DNA from: Eledone cirrhosa
Lineage: Eukaryota
Length of the DNA stretch: 64,000 nt
Assembly (NCBI GenBank): GCA_964016885.1
Contig: OZ024750.1
Coordinates: forward strand, 49,042,001 to 49,106,000
Direction: 5' to 3'
Positions within the stretch are counted from its first letter, which is position 1. Each line of letters starts with the position of its first letter. Made by a program: the position numbers and the translations under genes. The notes beneath the pieces were generated by a model. That model saw nothing but the letters and a program-made list of their open reading frames with translations, made no database searches and was not told the DNA's origin. This document shows, in pieces, positions 52,001-64,000 of this stretch.

Positions 52001-54472
52001 ACCAACGCGCAAGGCCTACAGAGACCGGATTAGCGAACTAGTTAAGCGGTCGTTGACGGGGGCCATCGTCAACAACAAGTGGTGGTTTGCTCTGAAAAGA
52101 ACAATTAGAATAGAGTCCATTAGGTTTAGTAAGGCTTTAGAAATAGAGAAAAATAGAGCAGAGGGAGAATTAGTTAGAAAATTAGACGAGGTGCTTAGCA
52201 AAGGCAACGCGACCGACGAAATTGGCCCTTGACCAATTCTTCAATGCAAAGCACAAAGCTTGCGTTGTCAGAGCTAGGGTGCGTGCTCTCAGACACGAGG
52301 GGACGATAGCCGTTCAATGGGCCTGAGTGGCGGAGGCGCGTCGTGGCAATAAAGCCACGATCCGGTCTTTGGTGGACCACGACGAGCGCATGCTATTCGA
52401 TCCCGGGCAAATGTGTGAAGCTTTTCAGCGACACTTCGCACAGCTGTTCGGGGGCAGCGGCGGGCCGGATCGAGGGATGGACTTTAGTGTCTACCTCGAC
52501 GGACGGCCGCGATTCTCGGCCACTGAGGCGGAGTGTTGCGAAAGCCTATAACAGCCGCTGAAGTACGGGAGGCAATGACTGGCTGCACAAGGGGTAAATC
52601 GACTGGTTTGGATGGTCTGCCCTATTAACTTTACGTACAGATGCCAGACTTTTTCGGAGGCCTCTTGGCGGACGTCTACTCCAACTGGCAACAGAACGGG
52701 AGAATTCTCAGCTCTGTGAGCCGAGGAGCGGTGGCGCTGCAGAGAAAGGATCCGAAAAAGGGGGATAACATAGATTATTTCAGGCCCATAACTGCTAAAC
52801 ACAGAGTTCAAGATGTTGGCAAAGGTGCTAGCAAAGAGGTTGGCGCTTGTCGTTGGTGGTCTGGTGGGAGAGGCGCAGACGTGCGCCATTCCCGACAGAT
52901 CCATCCACGACAATCTCCACCTCATGCGATACGTCGTAGGGAGGGTAGCTGGGAACCTGGCACGGGTGGGTCCTTGATCAATTTAGATCAGTCGAAAGCT
53001 TTTGATGGGGTCGACCATCGTTACCTAGCGGCAGTCCTGAGGGTGGCTGGCTTTTGGCCCGTCTTCAGAGGCTGGATCGCTGCCATGCAGAGTGACATCA
53101 GCTATGTGGTGAGAGTGAACGGTTACCTTTCGGAACCGTTCAACATCATGCGCTCGGTCCGCCAAGGTTGTCACCTCTCGTCCCTCTTGTACGTATTGAC
53201 TCTCGAGCCATTACTGCACAAACTGGAGACGTTGAGGGGCGTCCCGTGCGAGCTAGGATGCGGAAGATCCGTGTCAGCATATGCGGACGATGTCACCGTA
53301 GTGGTGTCGAACTCCAAACACAATCTAGGCGATCGGCACTACACTAAGAGAATACGAAGCGGTGACAGGAGCAATGATCAACCAGGAAAAGTCAGTGGGC
53401 CTGCAGCTCGGCACCTGGAGAGGCAGGTCCATGCCGTCCAACAGCGTCGTCGGGCGCTGGACGGACGGACCGGTTAAATTGCTAGGGGTCTGGTTCGGTC
53501 CGGACCTCCAGACGGACAAAAACTGGGACGAGGTGACGAGCAGGGTGGCTTCTCTCACCCAGAAATGGGCCGAGAGGAAGCTATCCCTGAAAGGTCGAGC
53601 GGAGGTGGCTAACGCGTATATCGCGTCCGTCATCTACTACCGCCTGACCGCCGTACCTTGTCCTGAGACTCACCTGACTTCGCTGGAGCGTTTGCTCTTT
53701 CGCTTACTTTGGAAGGGACGCGCTCCGATGGTCAGGCGGTTCATCTGCTGTCAAGACCCGCTACGTGGAGGGCTGGACATGCCGTGGCTGATGATGCGCA
53801 GACACGCGCTCGGGCTACGACATCTCCACCTCTTCCTCGACGGTGATCAGGTGTGGTCGCCGTTTGCTAGACACGACTTTCCCCAGCTCGTCTCCTTGAC
53901 GGAGCTGCAGTCCTTGCTCAAGCAAAGACCGAGAGGGAGCGCTTGGAGACTGGAATGTATTCAGGCGCTCACAGCCCTCGACCAATCGGGCAATGTGATC
54001 GGTGGAAACTCCACTTTGGCGTTCTATAGAGGATTAGTGGAGGGGAAGAACGACGACGTACTTGGAGAAACTCTAGGCGTCGACGAAAATCAACTAGCCA
54101 ATCTCTTCGGAAGGACTTTCGGGCCGGGACTATGGACAACTTCCAGAAATCCCTGGCCTGGCAGTGCTACCGAGGAGCTTTGCCAGTTTGGGATAAACTC
54201 TACAAGCATGGAGGTGCCGTCAGCCGGGAATATCCGAGATGCGCGCAGTGTGGCGAAACCGTCCTGCACGCACTCGTCCAGTGTCCGAGCATGGCTGACT
54301 TGTGGGTTTATGTCAAACACCTGCTCTCACGTGTAGGACGGATCCAAAATCAGGGTAGAGAGGGAGTGCTCTCTTCCCAGTATTTTGTTGAAAGATGGGT
54401 GAGATGAGCAAGTATGGCCCGTGTGAATGGGCCTACTCTGAGTATGTGTCAGTAAATTAAAGATGGAAAACT
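49052..54472 (+). mobile_element. L1/Tx1-like retrotransposon copy 2, near full length, pseudogenised
   Basis: ORF1 49257 to about 51200 has a CX2CX4HX4C knuckle (CVVCGEGTHLRAFC) and P/T-rich tracts. ORF2 from ATG 51244 has APE (GSLNAPG, ISES, GDWN, YLDRV, TDHK), RT (LDQSKAFD, SVRQGC, AYADD, KLLGVW) and CAQCGETVLHALVQC. Confidence 0.92.
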
Positions 54473-57400
54473 GTCCGTCTGTATCCTAAAATCCCATAGC
54501 ACCTTCACCTGATCGTTTTCTATCACCGCCTCTGGCTTATGCTCATATCACTTCTCAGAATGTGGTAAATTGTTTACTTTGCATAGGTGCCAGTGGATCA
54601 CCCTGCCCATCACATCATGTATCCAGCCCTTATAGTGAGTCTGGGCTAGGTGTTTACACTCGGATACAATGTGAGCCACAGTCTCCTCTCTCTCTCCACA
54701 GATCCTGCACAGTGGGCTAGCCTCCTCCTTGTAAATATGGTGTTTCAACCACTTCGTTTTTAGGGCCTGCTCTTGCGCAGCCATTAACATTCCTTCTGTA
54801 GCCTTTTTAAGTACTCCTCTTTTCAACCAGTTCCATGTCTGTGGATCTCTGAATTCAGTTTTCTCAAAGAAGGTACTATGAAGGGATTTTTCATGAAGGC
54901 TGCTCTTTCTCCTTGTTGTTATTTCCTCATTGGACATCCCCTGGTCTATTGTTCTCTCCTTCAGTACAATTCTGAGCATTGGCTCCTTACTATCAGTCAC
55001 GTATTTGTGTAGGTTGTTTTTCTCCATTGAACACAGTCCTCTATGCTGATAGACCTCTTCCACCTTCAGATCTCCTTAAGTAGAGTCTATCGACATAACT
55101 CCTCTCGTGGAACATGTTGTAGATAGTCAATAGCTTCCAAGTCTTCCTATCCATTTCTTTTTGTTCAGCAACATTCCATCTCAGTATTCCCGCATTGTAC
55201 CTAATAATAGACACAGCTCGGGAATTTACTGCACTTATGGCATTCCTACTGTTCAGATGTGATTTTAATACGCTCCTTACTCTCCGAATGTATTCAGATC
55301 TTATGAATTCCTTCATGTTTTTGTTCTCAATGTCATCAGCCTCGAGAACTCCCAAATACTTGTATACTTCTTCAGTGTCAATTTCCTTTATCATCTCACC
55401 TGTTGGTACCTGGATTCCTTTGCTTCTGCTCAATTTACCCCTCTTCATCACAAGGGCTCCACACTTACTAATACCAAATTGCATACATATATCATTGCTG
55501 AAAATACGGACAGTGACAACAAGCACATCCAACTCCTTCTCACTCTTCCCGAAGAGCTTAAGATCGTCCATGTAGAGGAGGTGATTGATGGTAAGCTCTC
55601 TCTTTCCCAACGTGTACCCTGCTCTCACTTTTCGCAGTATAATGGTCAGGGGCATCAGGGCAAGGACAAACAACAGAGGGGACAGACTATCTCCCTAGAA
55701 TATATCTCTCTTGATCTTCACGCCTCCCAATGATTCTCCAGCTGACGTTAATTCTGTTTTCCAGGACTTCATACTTTTGCCCAACAACTGTCTGAAGTTA
55801 TCTGCCACCTTGAATATCTCTAGGCTTTTGGTGATCCAAGAATGAGGCACCATGTCAAATGCCTTTTTGTAGTATATCCATCCCATGGCAAGACCAGTGT
55901 GTCTGCTCTTGCAATTCCTCATTACCATATTATCAATAAGTAACTGGTCCTTTGTACCACGGGACGTCATTCGGCATTCTTTCTGTTCGTCCGGTAACAA
56001 GTTGTTTGTGTGGAGGTGATGGTAGATTTCCTCAGACGTAAGGCTTGTCAACAGTTTCCACATTATGGACAGACATGTGATAGGTCTATAGTTGGTAACA
56101 TCATTACCCTTGATTCGGTCTTTCATTACCAGAACTGTGGTACCTTTTGTCAACCACTCTGGTACCTCATCTGACATCAATCAGTCATTGAACATGGTTG
56201 TCAGTCTCGGGTGAAAGGATGTTATATTTTTAATCCAATACCCCTACACACCATCTGGGCCTGGTGATTTCCAGTTGGTTAGTTTTTTGGCCTGCCCCTT
56301 AAGAGTTTCAACTGTGATATTCAAATCAGTTTGTTGGTGTGCCTGTTCACTAATCTCATTTTGTACTGTCTCAATCCCCACTGCCTGGTCATTAATGTTT
56401 AACATCCTGCTCCCATATTCCTCTCCAGAATGTCTTAGTTTGTTCCGCCTCACGGATCAAGTCGTTGCCTCTTTCTTTCCCTTTAAGCTGTCCAAACAAC
56501 ACCTTCTGGTTGTTGTCAAACATGCGGTTCTGTCTATACTGACTGACTCTACTCTCGTATGCCTAATGTTTGCACTCTTTGCTACAATGCGTTGTTGCTT
56601 CAGTTCCTCTATGATAATATTTAGCTTTTTCCTCCTAGTGTTGTACTTTATTTCAAGTCTATTTTTAGTGTCTATGTTTTTTTATGTCCCATTCAGTAGG
56701 GACTCAAGCTTTCCAATGTCATTTCTCATTTCCGTGATTTGACCATTCAGTCGTTTCTTCCACCAAGGTTCAGATTTTTCTTGTTTGTTGTTTCCTCTCG
56801 CTTTTATGCCAAGTAATTTCCTCGCCGCATTTGCTGCTGCCTTGAGGATATTGTTGCACTGGTGAAGGCTCCTCGCCTCAAGGTATGGGATGACTTTGTT
56901 TACCCTAGCTGTTGTTTCTTTAACTTTGTCCTGTCTACAAATCTTAGGTTCATAGGTTTCCAACTATCATTGTTCAATTCATCTACCACTAAGTTTAGGA
57001 TATCAACCAAATATTGTCCTAGCCCGTCAGCATTCATCTCCTCAATGGCCGTACCTTTGTTCCAGGTTTTATTTATTTCAGCATTCAGATCATTGTCTGC
57101 TTCGGATGGTTCCTCCCTTATCTCAACCTCTTCACCTTCATTTCCCACTGGCTCGTTTGCCTGGCATACTCCACTCTCCATTTCCAACCTAATCTCTCTG
57201 CTCAGTTCCTCCAGTTCTAGCTCGCTTATCCACCCCTTAGTTCTTATTACCCGAGCCTGCCCGGCCAATTTTTGTTCATCTAATTTAAATAGACAAATCT
57301 CGTTCCAGATGTTATGCATCCGTTTCCTATAGCCTTGGGATTACTCTTCAGGTAACATTGCATAACATTTCTATTCAATTATTTCGTCCAGTTGGTTATG

Positions 57401-57644
57401 GTCTCTTTCCTTCTTCTTCCTCCGACACCAGCAGTATTTGGTTGACATCATGGTCCCTGCTGCTGAGCCAAGGAGCACCTGCTGGGTGAGAGTCTGTCAC
57501 ATGACATTCCAGTCTCAACTCACCGTTATTCGAACTGTTTAGGTTCGACATTGAAACACTCTTATCGAGGATTTTTGAATATATGGTTACATAACCACCG
57601 GTGATTTCATCACCTCCGGTGATTTGATCAACCTCGGTGACTAT
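54473..57644 (-). mobile_element. R4/Dong-clade element copy 2: 5' end retained, 3' end lost, pseudogenised
   Basis: Highly similar to 47209-48978 over 54473-56238. Additional N-terminal motifs RMHNIW..EQKLAGQARVIRTKGW, EPWWKKRL and NWKSPGPDG; HLLYMDDLK. Confidence 0.9.
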
Positions 57645-60600
57645 GGCCGCACATGTGTGAAGACTACAAATCTGCGTGTGAAAAGGTTCGTAAGTTTAAG
57701 TGGTTTGAAAGTGTCATTGTTTGTATCTTCTTGTCGTTAACGAAACTTAAGGTACACATCTTGATATAAAGAGAGGGATACCTCTCAATATTCGGGCTAT
57801 AAGCCCGAATATTCAGATTTATTTTTTTTTAACTTCGAAAAAGATCGCTTCCCCGCCAAAAAAGATTATGGAAAGTTTCGACCTTGAAACGGTAAACAAC
57901 GTTCAGGTCAAAAGTTTAAAGGCAGCCACTGTAGATTTCACCACGACTACGACGGCTACAGTCATACCTGTCATCCACTCTACTGAATGTGAAGGCAAAA
58001 CTAAAAAGCTACCATCACAACCTTCTGGGATAGCAGCAGTATCATCTGAAAACGACATCACCACCACCACGACAATAACAACAACTCAGAGCAATAACAA
58101 CAATAACACCGAAAGCTTTAATGTAAACAAGGATAGCGGTGGCAACAGCATCAACAAACAAAATAACAACAACAACACCAATAGCAACAGCAAGAATGAC
58201 AACACCAACAATAAGAGCATCAGAAGCACCACATTTGCTGCAGCAACAGCAAAAACAAAGCGCTTATTGAATATTGATATTGATATTGGCGATAAAGAAG
58301 AACAGTTGGCACAAGCGTGGAGGCTAATTAAACGGGAGAAGTCCTGGGCAAACCTGACCATCCCGGACGAGGCAATAGCGGCCATGCAAAGGAAGACGGT
58401 TTTATTTCGATGCATTTCAGTGCAGACACGAAAAGTGGAACTTGCCAGCCAAGCAGACGTCGAGGCTGCTTTGGAGTACATCGGAAGTAATATAGAGTAC
58501 AAAGCAAGAGGCAAACAGTTCAGTACCATCTCGGTACTGTTCAAAACCGAGGCGCTCGCTATTACGCACTCGGTGACCCCCTGCAGAACGGAACGCATTA
58601 TCATGCATCCATCCTACATGAGTAAGAGGACAGTAAAGGTACGCATTCCCAGCATCCCACCAAGAATGAACATATGGTGGCTGCTGGGATACGTAATCGA
58701 GGAGGGGACAGACACTACCCTCCTGGATATCAAAAGGACAGAGAGAGAGAGGACTGGTCCGGAATGGATTTGGAGATTCTTCTCCAAATGAAACCGGAGG
58801 ACATGAACAACATCCCGGATTTTCCCCGCCTGCAGGACGGGACAGCACTCCAACTAATCATTGAAGGAAGAAGGCCACGCTGTTTCGTCTGCGGGGAAGC
58901 AACGCATCTGCAAGCCTTCTGCCCTCAGCGCAAAAATGCAGGGGGTTGCAAACCTCCTTTGTTGCCAACGCCAGCGTCAGCACGGAAAGCTGCACCACCA
59001 CCACCACCAAAAACAACAACAAAAACACGGACACCGACATCCAAAAGATCGAATCACCACCAACACCAAAACCAATCCAAAGGGAAAACGAGGAAAGCTG
59101 TCCCACTCCCCCTACCCCCCCCCCCCCAATTATACACATAGACAAAACAATAAACGCACACACAGACACAGAGACACTCACTGCCACAGACCCTTTGTCT
59201 TCCAGCAGCGAATATGAAGGAAAACCCAAAAATGCAAAATAACATAGAAAACTCACAGAAAAAGCCCAAACAAAACACAAAAACATACAAAACAAAAAAT
59301 ACAGACACCACTAACGCAAACACTTCCCCAATAACATCATCACCAACAGCAACATCGACACCACCTCCACAATCCCCGAAACGCAAACAACCTAAACAAA
59401 CACAAGTACAAATCAACACACAAATACCTGAAATTGCAGACACCACACCTACAACAAACACAGACATACCCGAAACAACACCACCAAAACTATCACCACC
59501 ACAGTCACCAAAACGAAAACAAGTAAAACCACACCAACAAAAGGTTAAAAACTTCGTGCTTGTCAGAAGGGCCAACGATAAACTGATGGCCCTCTTAGCA
59601 CGAAGCGAGGACATTCAAACAGAGGGTGAGATTTTGAAATGAGCACATTTTGCGTACCAGAAGATTTGCTTCTGGTCCGAATGTCACTCAATTCCTTCAA
59701 AGAAATTCGAGAGAGCTTTCCTCAAGAAGTGGGAACTCCGAATGTGAAACCCATATCAAGACTTTTAAAGGGGTTCCCAAAAGAAACACCACCAACCATG
59801 GAGGTCGAACCACCCGAACTTCACAAGACCCCGGGAGGTAAGTAAACCGTGCCTCTCTCTCTTACCTTACCAATATGGCCATATTAAGAGTAGGAAGTTT
59901 AAATGTTCGCGGCCTGGGGTCACCTTGGGAGCAGGGCCGCCTGCTCACGACCTCGGGTCGCTTGAAATGTATGTGATTGCCGTCAGCCAGACCAGAATTT
60001 CCGACACGCGCGCACTAGCCCCCATTTTCGACGAGCAGTATCGATGGTGGTGCCTTAAGAATGCTGGCCGTCTACGCCCCTACAGGGGCCGGACGACCGG
60101 AATTCTTTAGGCTCCTGGAGACCTTTCTGGGTACGTCTCGCCCTTTACTGTTAGCTGGGGACTGGAATGGCATCTTAGAAGCACGCTGGGATTGTGTGGG
60201 AGTAGCCGATAGGAGCGGGGGGTGCAAAAGCCTCAAGCACCTACTCAGCCAGTTCCAACTGTCTAACAGGTATCGACTAGATTTCCCCAATGTACCAATG
60301 TGGACATGGACCAACCGAATGGGGTCATCTAGATCGTATATAGACAGGATCTTCATTAGGAAAATAGATAGAAATAGTTTGGGCTGCTTACTTTTTAAAA
60401 TGGTCGCCTATTCAGATCACAAATTTGTGATCTGTACGGTCGACCTAGATAAAATGCGTAGGTTAGGACCGGGTTACTGGAAGCTGAACATGTCATTTCC
60501 GGCACGTAAGGCTTACAGGGACCGAGTCAACAATTTAGTTAAGCAAAAGTTGACAGGGGTGATCAGCAACAACAGATGGTGGGGGGCTCTCAAAAGAGAG

Positions 60601-63420
60601 ATTAGAGTAACTTCGGTAGTGTTCAGCCAAGAACTAGCGTTAGAGAAAAATAGAAAGGAGAGAGAGCTGGTAGATAAGTTAGACGAGGCTATTTGTAGTG
60701 GCATTGCAACTGACGTGCTATCGGCGAGAATGGCATTAGACCATTTCTTCAATGCGAAACACGAAGGTTGCATTGTCAGAGCTAAGGTGCGTGCGCTGAG
60801 AAACGAGGGAACCAAAGCTGTTCGATGGGCCCGCGTGGCGGAGGCGCAGCGTGGTAATAAAACCACAATTCGGTCTTTGGCGGACCGAGACGGACACGAG
60901 AAAAGCGATTTCAAGCGGAAGTGTGAGGCAATTCGCCAGCACTTTGCTCGGTTTCTCGGGGAGAGTGGCGGTCAGAGAAAGTAGCGGATTTCAGTCCCTA
61001 CCTTGACGGCTTGCCGCGCATCTCGACGGCTGCGAAAGGCCGATTACTTCAGCTGAAATTCAGGATGCCCTTGTCGGTTGCATGAGGCGCAAGTCACCCG
61101 GTTTGGATGGCCTGCCCTATGAGCTTTACGTAAATATGCCAGACTTGTTCTCCGAACTTCTCGAAGCACTCTACTGCAACTGGCAGCAGAATGGGAGCAT
61201 TCCCAGTTCTGTGAGCAGGGGAGTGGGGACGGTGATAAGGAAAGACGAGAACAAGAGGGATACATTAGACAACTTCAGGCCCATAACTCTGCTCAACACA
61301 GAGTTTAAGATTTTGGCCAAGGTGTTAGCAAAGAGATTGGCTCTTGTCGTCGAGGATATGGTTGGGCAGGCGCAAATTTGCGCAATCCCAGCCAGGTCCA
61401 TACACGACAATCTCCACCTCATGCGATACATCATAGAGAGGATGGGGTGGAAACCTGGTTTCGGTGGGGCACTGATCAATTTAGATCAATCGAAAGCATT
61501 CGATAGGGTCGACCATCGGTATCTGGAGTTTGTCCTCAAAGCAGCTCGCTTCGGCCCTGTCTTTAGAAGCTAGATCGCTGCAATGCACAGCGGCACACGC
61601 TCGGTGGTCAAAGTTAATGCCCACCTCTCGGAACCATTTCGGATCTCCCGATCGGTCCGTCAAGGGTGCCCTCTCTCTTCCCTTCTGTACGTATCGACTC
61701 TCGAGCCTTTACTGCGGAAGCTGGAGCTGTTGCAGGGCATCCCGCTCGAACCGGGACGTGGAAAGGCGGTGTCGGCTTATGCGGACGACATCACCGTGAT
61801 GGTGTCGAACACCTCAGAAATCGAGGTGGTCGGCACCTTATTGAAGGAATAAAAAAGGGTGACAGGAGCCAAACTTAACCCGGAAAAGTCGTTGTCTTGC
61901 AGCTCGGAACCTGGAGAGGCAAGCCCATGCCGTCCAACAGCGTCGTGGGATGCTGGACAGACGGGCCGGTAAAGATGCTCGGGGTTAGGTTCGGACCAGA
62001 CCTCCAGGTGGAAAAGAATTGGGACGAGGTAACGAGCAGAGTAGCCAGTTTCACCCAAAAATGGGCTGGGAGGAAGATATCACTGAAAGATCGGGCGGAG
62101 GTGGCGAATGCGTAGATCGCGTCCGTCATCTACTACCGCCTGACCGTCGTGCCTTGCCCCCGTCAGCGCATCGTCAAGTTGGAACAGCTCCTCTTGAAAT
62201 TATTGTGGAGGGGACAAGTTCCCTTGGTGAGGCGATCCATCTGCTGCCAGCACCCTCTACGCAGATGGCTGGGCATGCCGTGGCTAATGATGCGCAGACA
62301 TGCGTTGAGGCTGCGACATCTCCAGATATTCTGCCTCAACGGTGAACAGGTGTGGTCGCTGTTTATCAGACGGGCCTTTCCGCTGCTCATTTGTTTGACT
62401 GAGCTGCAGTCCTGGGTCAAGAAGAGACCGAGACTGGATGACTGGTACCTGAAATGTTGCCAGGCACTCACTGCCCTCTACCAAGCGGGCAATGCGATCA
62501 GTGGAACTTCCACTCTCGAGTTCTATAGAGGATTAGTGGTGGGCAAGTGCGATGATGCACTCGGAGAAGCTTTGGACATCGACGAAGTCGAACTGACCAG
62601 TCTGTACCGGAGGACTTTTGAGCCGGGGACGATGGACAATTTCCAGAAATCCCTCGCTTGTCAGTGCTACCGGGGGGCACTGCCGATTCGGGATAAACTC
62701 TACAGGCACGGAAATGCTGTCAGCGGACCTGCCCAAGATGCGCACAGAACGACGAAACCGTTCTGCACGCACTTGTCCAATGTCCGAACATTACTGACTT
62801 GTGGAGTTATGTCGAACAGCTACTCTCGCGTGTGGAACGAATCCGGCTATCGGCCGAGTACATAGTGAAGATCGAGCCGCCGCCTTCATTAGGTCAGGAA
62901 GAGCAGGAAATGTTCCTGTCTGGTGGCCGTTGCAAAAGAGGTTATATGGTGGACCAGATTAAAAGGACTGAAGACACACTTTTCTCTTCGGCCAATGCCT
63001 CATCAACTTCTTCAAGTTTCACCTGGAAAGGAATGTGAGAGTGGAGAGAGAAGTGCAGCCCCCCAGTACATTTCCTAAAAGGTGGGTGAAAGTGGCGAGA
63101 ATGGCTCGTGTGAATGGGCCTCCTCTGACCATGCGCCTATAGGCTAGCTAACTTGTGGAGAAGGGTGCTCTCCCTGGGTGCCCTAGAAACGCAGGGTGGT
63201 TCAGGATTGGCGGGGTACCCGAGTCACCCCAGGGTCGTCCACCCCCTAACGGGGAGTTTATTTTATTATATTTATGCATAGTTTATTTTATATTTTTATA
63301 TTTTCATTTTTAAATTAGACTTGCCATTGTGCACTTTTACTCGACCTTATTGTAAATCCCCACTGTCCCTGTCTTTGTATTGTCCCTACATGTCGGCCCT
63401 TGTGGCTAATAAATGAAATC
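57645..63420 (+). mobile_element. L1/Tx1-like retrotransposon copy 3 (divergent subfamily), apparently full length, pseudogenised
   Basis: ORF1 from 57868 has CFVCGEATHLQAFC. ORF2 from ATG 59875 has GSLNVRG, GDWNG, YIDRI, YSDH, SPGLDG, NFRPITLLN, DQSKAFDRVDH, VRQGCPLS and AYADD. The 3' UTR ends aataaatgaaatc then (ATT)n. Confidence 0.92.
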
Positions 63421-63515
63421 ATTATTATTATTATTATTATTATTATTAAATCATTATTAATATTATTGTTGTTTCTGTTGTTGTTGTCATTATTATCATC
63501 ATCATCATCATCATC
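63420..63515. repeat. (ATT)n/(GTT)n/(ATC)n microsatellite
   Basis: Direct reading. Confidence 0.93.
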
Positions 63516-63573
63516 CATCGTCTGTTTTCGAAGCTTTATGAGTTATGTCACTACGCCGACGACCCGTCCGCCC

Positions 63574-63745
63574 TAGTATCGGTAGTGGTTTGGACCCCTG
63601 CTTTGGCTCATAGAGTTACGGCCCTTGCCATTCTGAGATCAAATCCCGCCGAGTTTAATTTTGCCTTTCATCCTTACGGGTTCGATAAAATAAAGTACCA
63701 GTAATGGACTGGGTAATTGCTGGCCTTGTGCCTAAAGTAGAAACA
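63574..63745 (+). mobile_element. SINE family A
   Basis: agtatcggtag..gagatcaaatcccgccgag..gcctttcatccttacgggttcgataaaataaagtaccag..cctaaagtagaaaca. Confidence 0.88.
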
Positions 63746-64000
63746 GTTATTATTAATCGCAATTTATTAGGTATCACCAATGTATTATTTAACACAGCCA
63801 TGTGTGACTTGGACATGTGCCGATGGTTGTTTTGCTGATATTTTGTTGCATTGAGTGCATACTCCATTACATATGTGCAACAACTAGTGTTACTATTCTC
63901 AGTAAAGTGCATCATTTATTTGTAAGTTTTATGATTTTGATTGTTTATGCGTTTCTTTACCTTTCCCAGACAATCTGATATTATTGGCATTATTTCTGTT

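Noticed and set aside
57597-57644. CRISPR-like short repeats
   Set aside because: Only three adjacent imperfect repeats, no spacers, no cas genes, and a eukaryotic context.

Overview
AT-rich, repeat-saturated animal DNA with no recognisable host gene. The SINE types and microsatellite load suggest a mollusc, probably a cephalopod (inference). Content: (i) decayed non-LTR retrotransposons, namely a Vingi/Ingi-like 3' end, three L1/Tx1-like copies plus one 3' fragment, four R4/Dong-like remnants, a CRE-like 3' scrap and RTE-like remnants; (ii) four Penelope-like (PLE) RT/GIY-YIG fragments, three Naiad-like with a CxCx5C-type linker and one Nematis/Neptune-like; (iii) about 13 copies of one tRNA-derived SINE family plus CORE-type SINEs; (iv) many (TA)n, (CA)n and (ATT)n microsatellites, which explain most of the ORF track. 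The least explained signal is about 14 type-I hammerhead ribozyme motifs between 3.6 and 45 kb. Four fold completely by hand. Many lie in short non-coding units between (TA)n runs, with partial tandem or fold-back architecture, consistent with retrozyme-like or non-autonomous PLE elements; the best case is a 462-bp unit at 3245-3902. A second notable structure is an 18-kb alternating Tx1(+)/Dong(-) array at (ATT)n repeats, in which two divergent Tx1 families share an AG|GTAAGT motif 37-38 nt before the ORF2 ATG. All calls are by eye; family names come from remembered motifs and boundaries are approximate.
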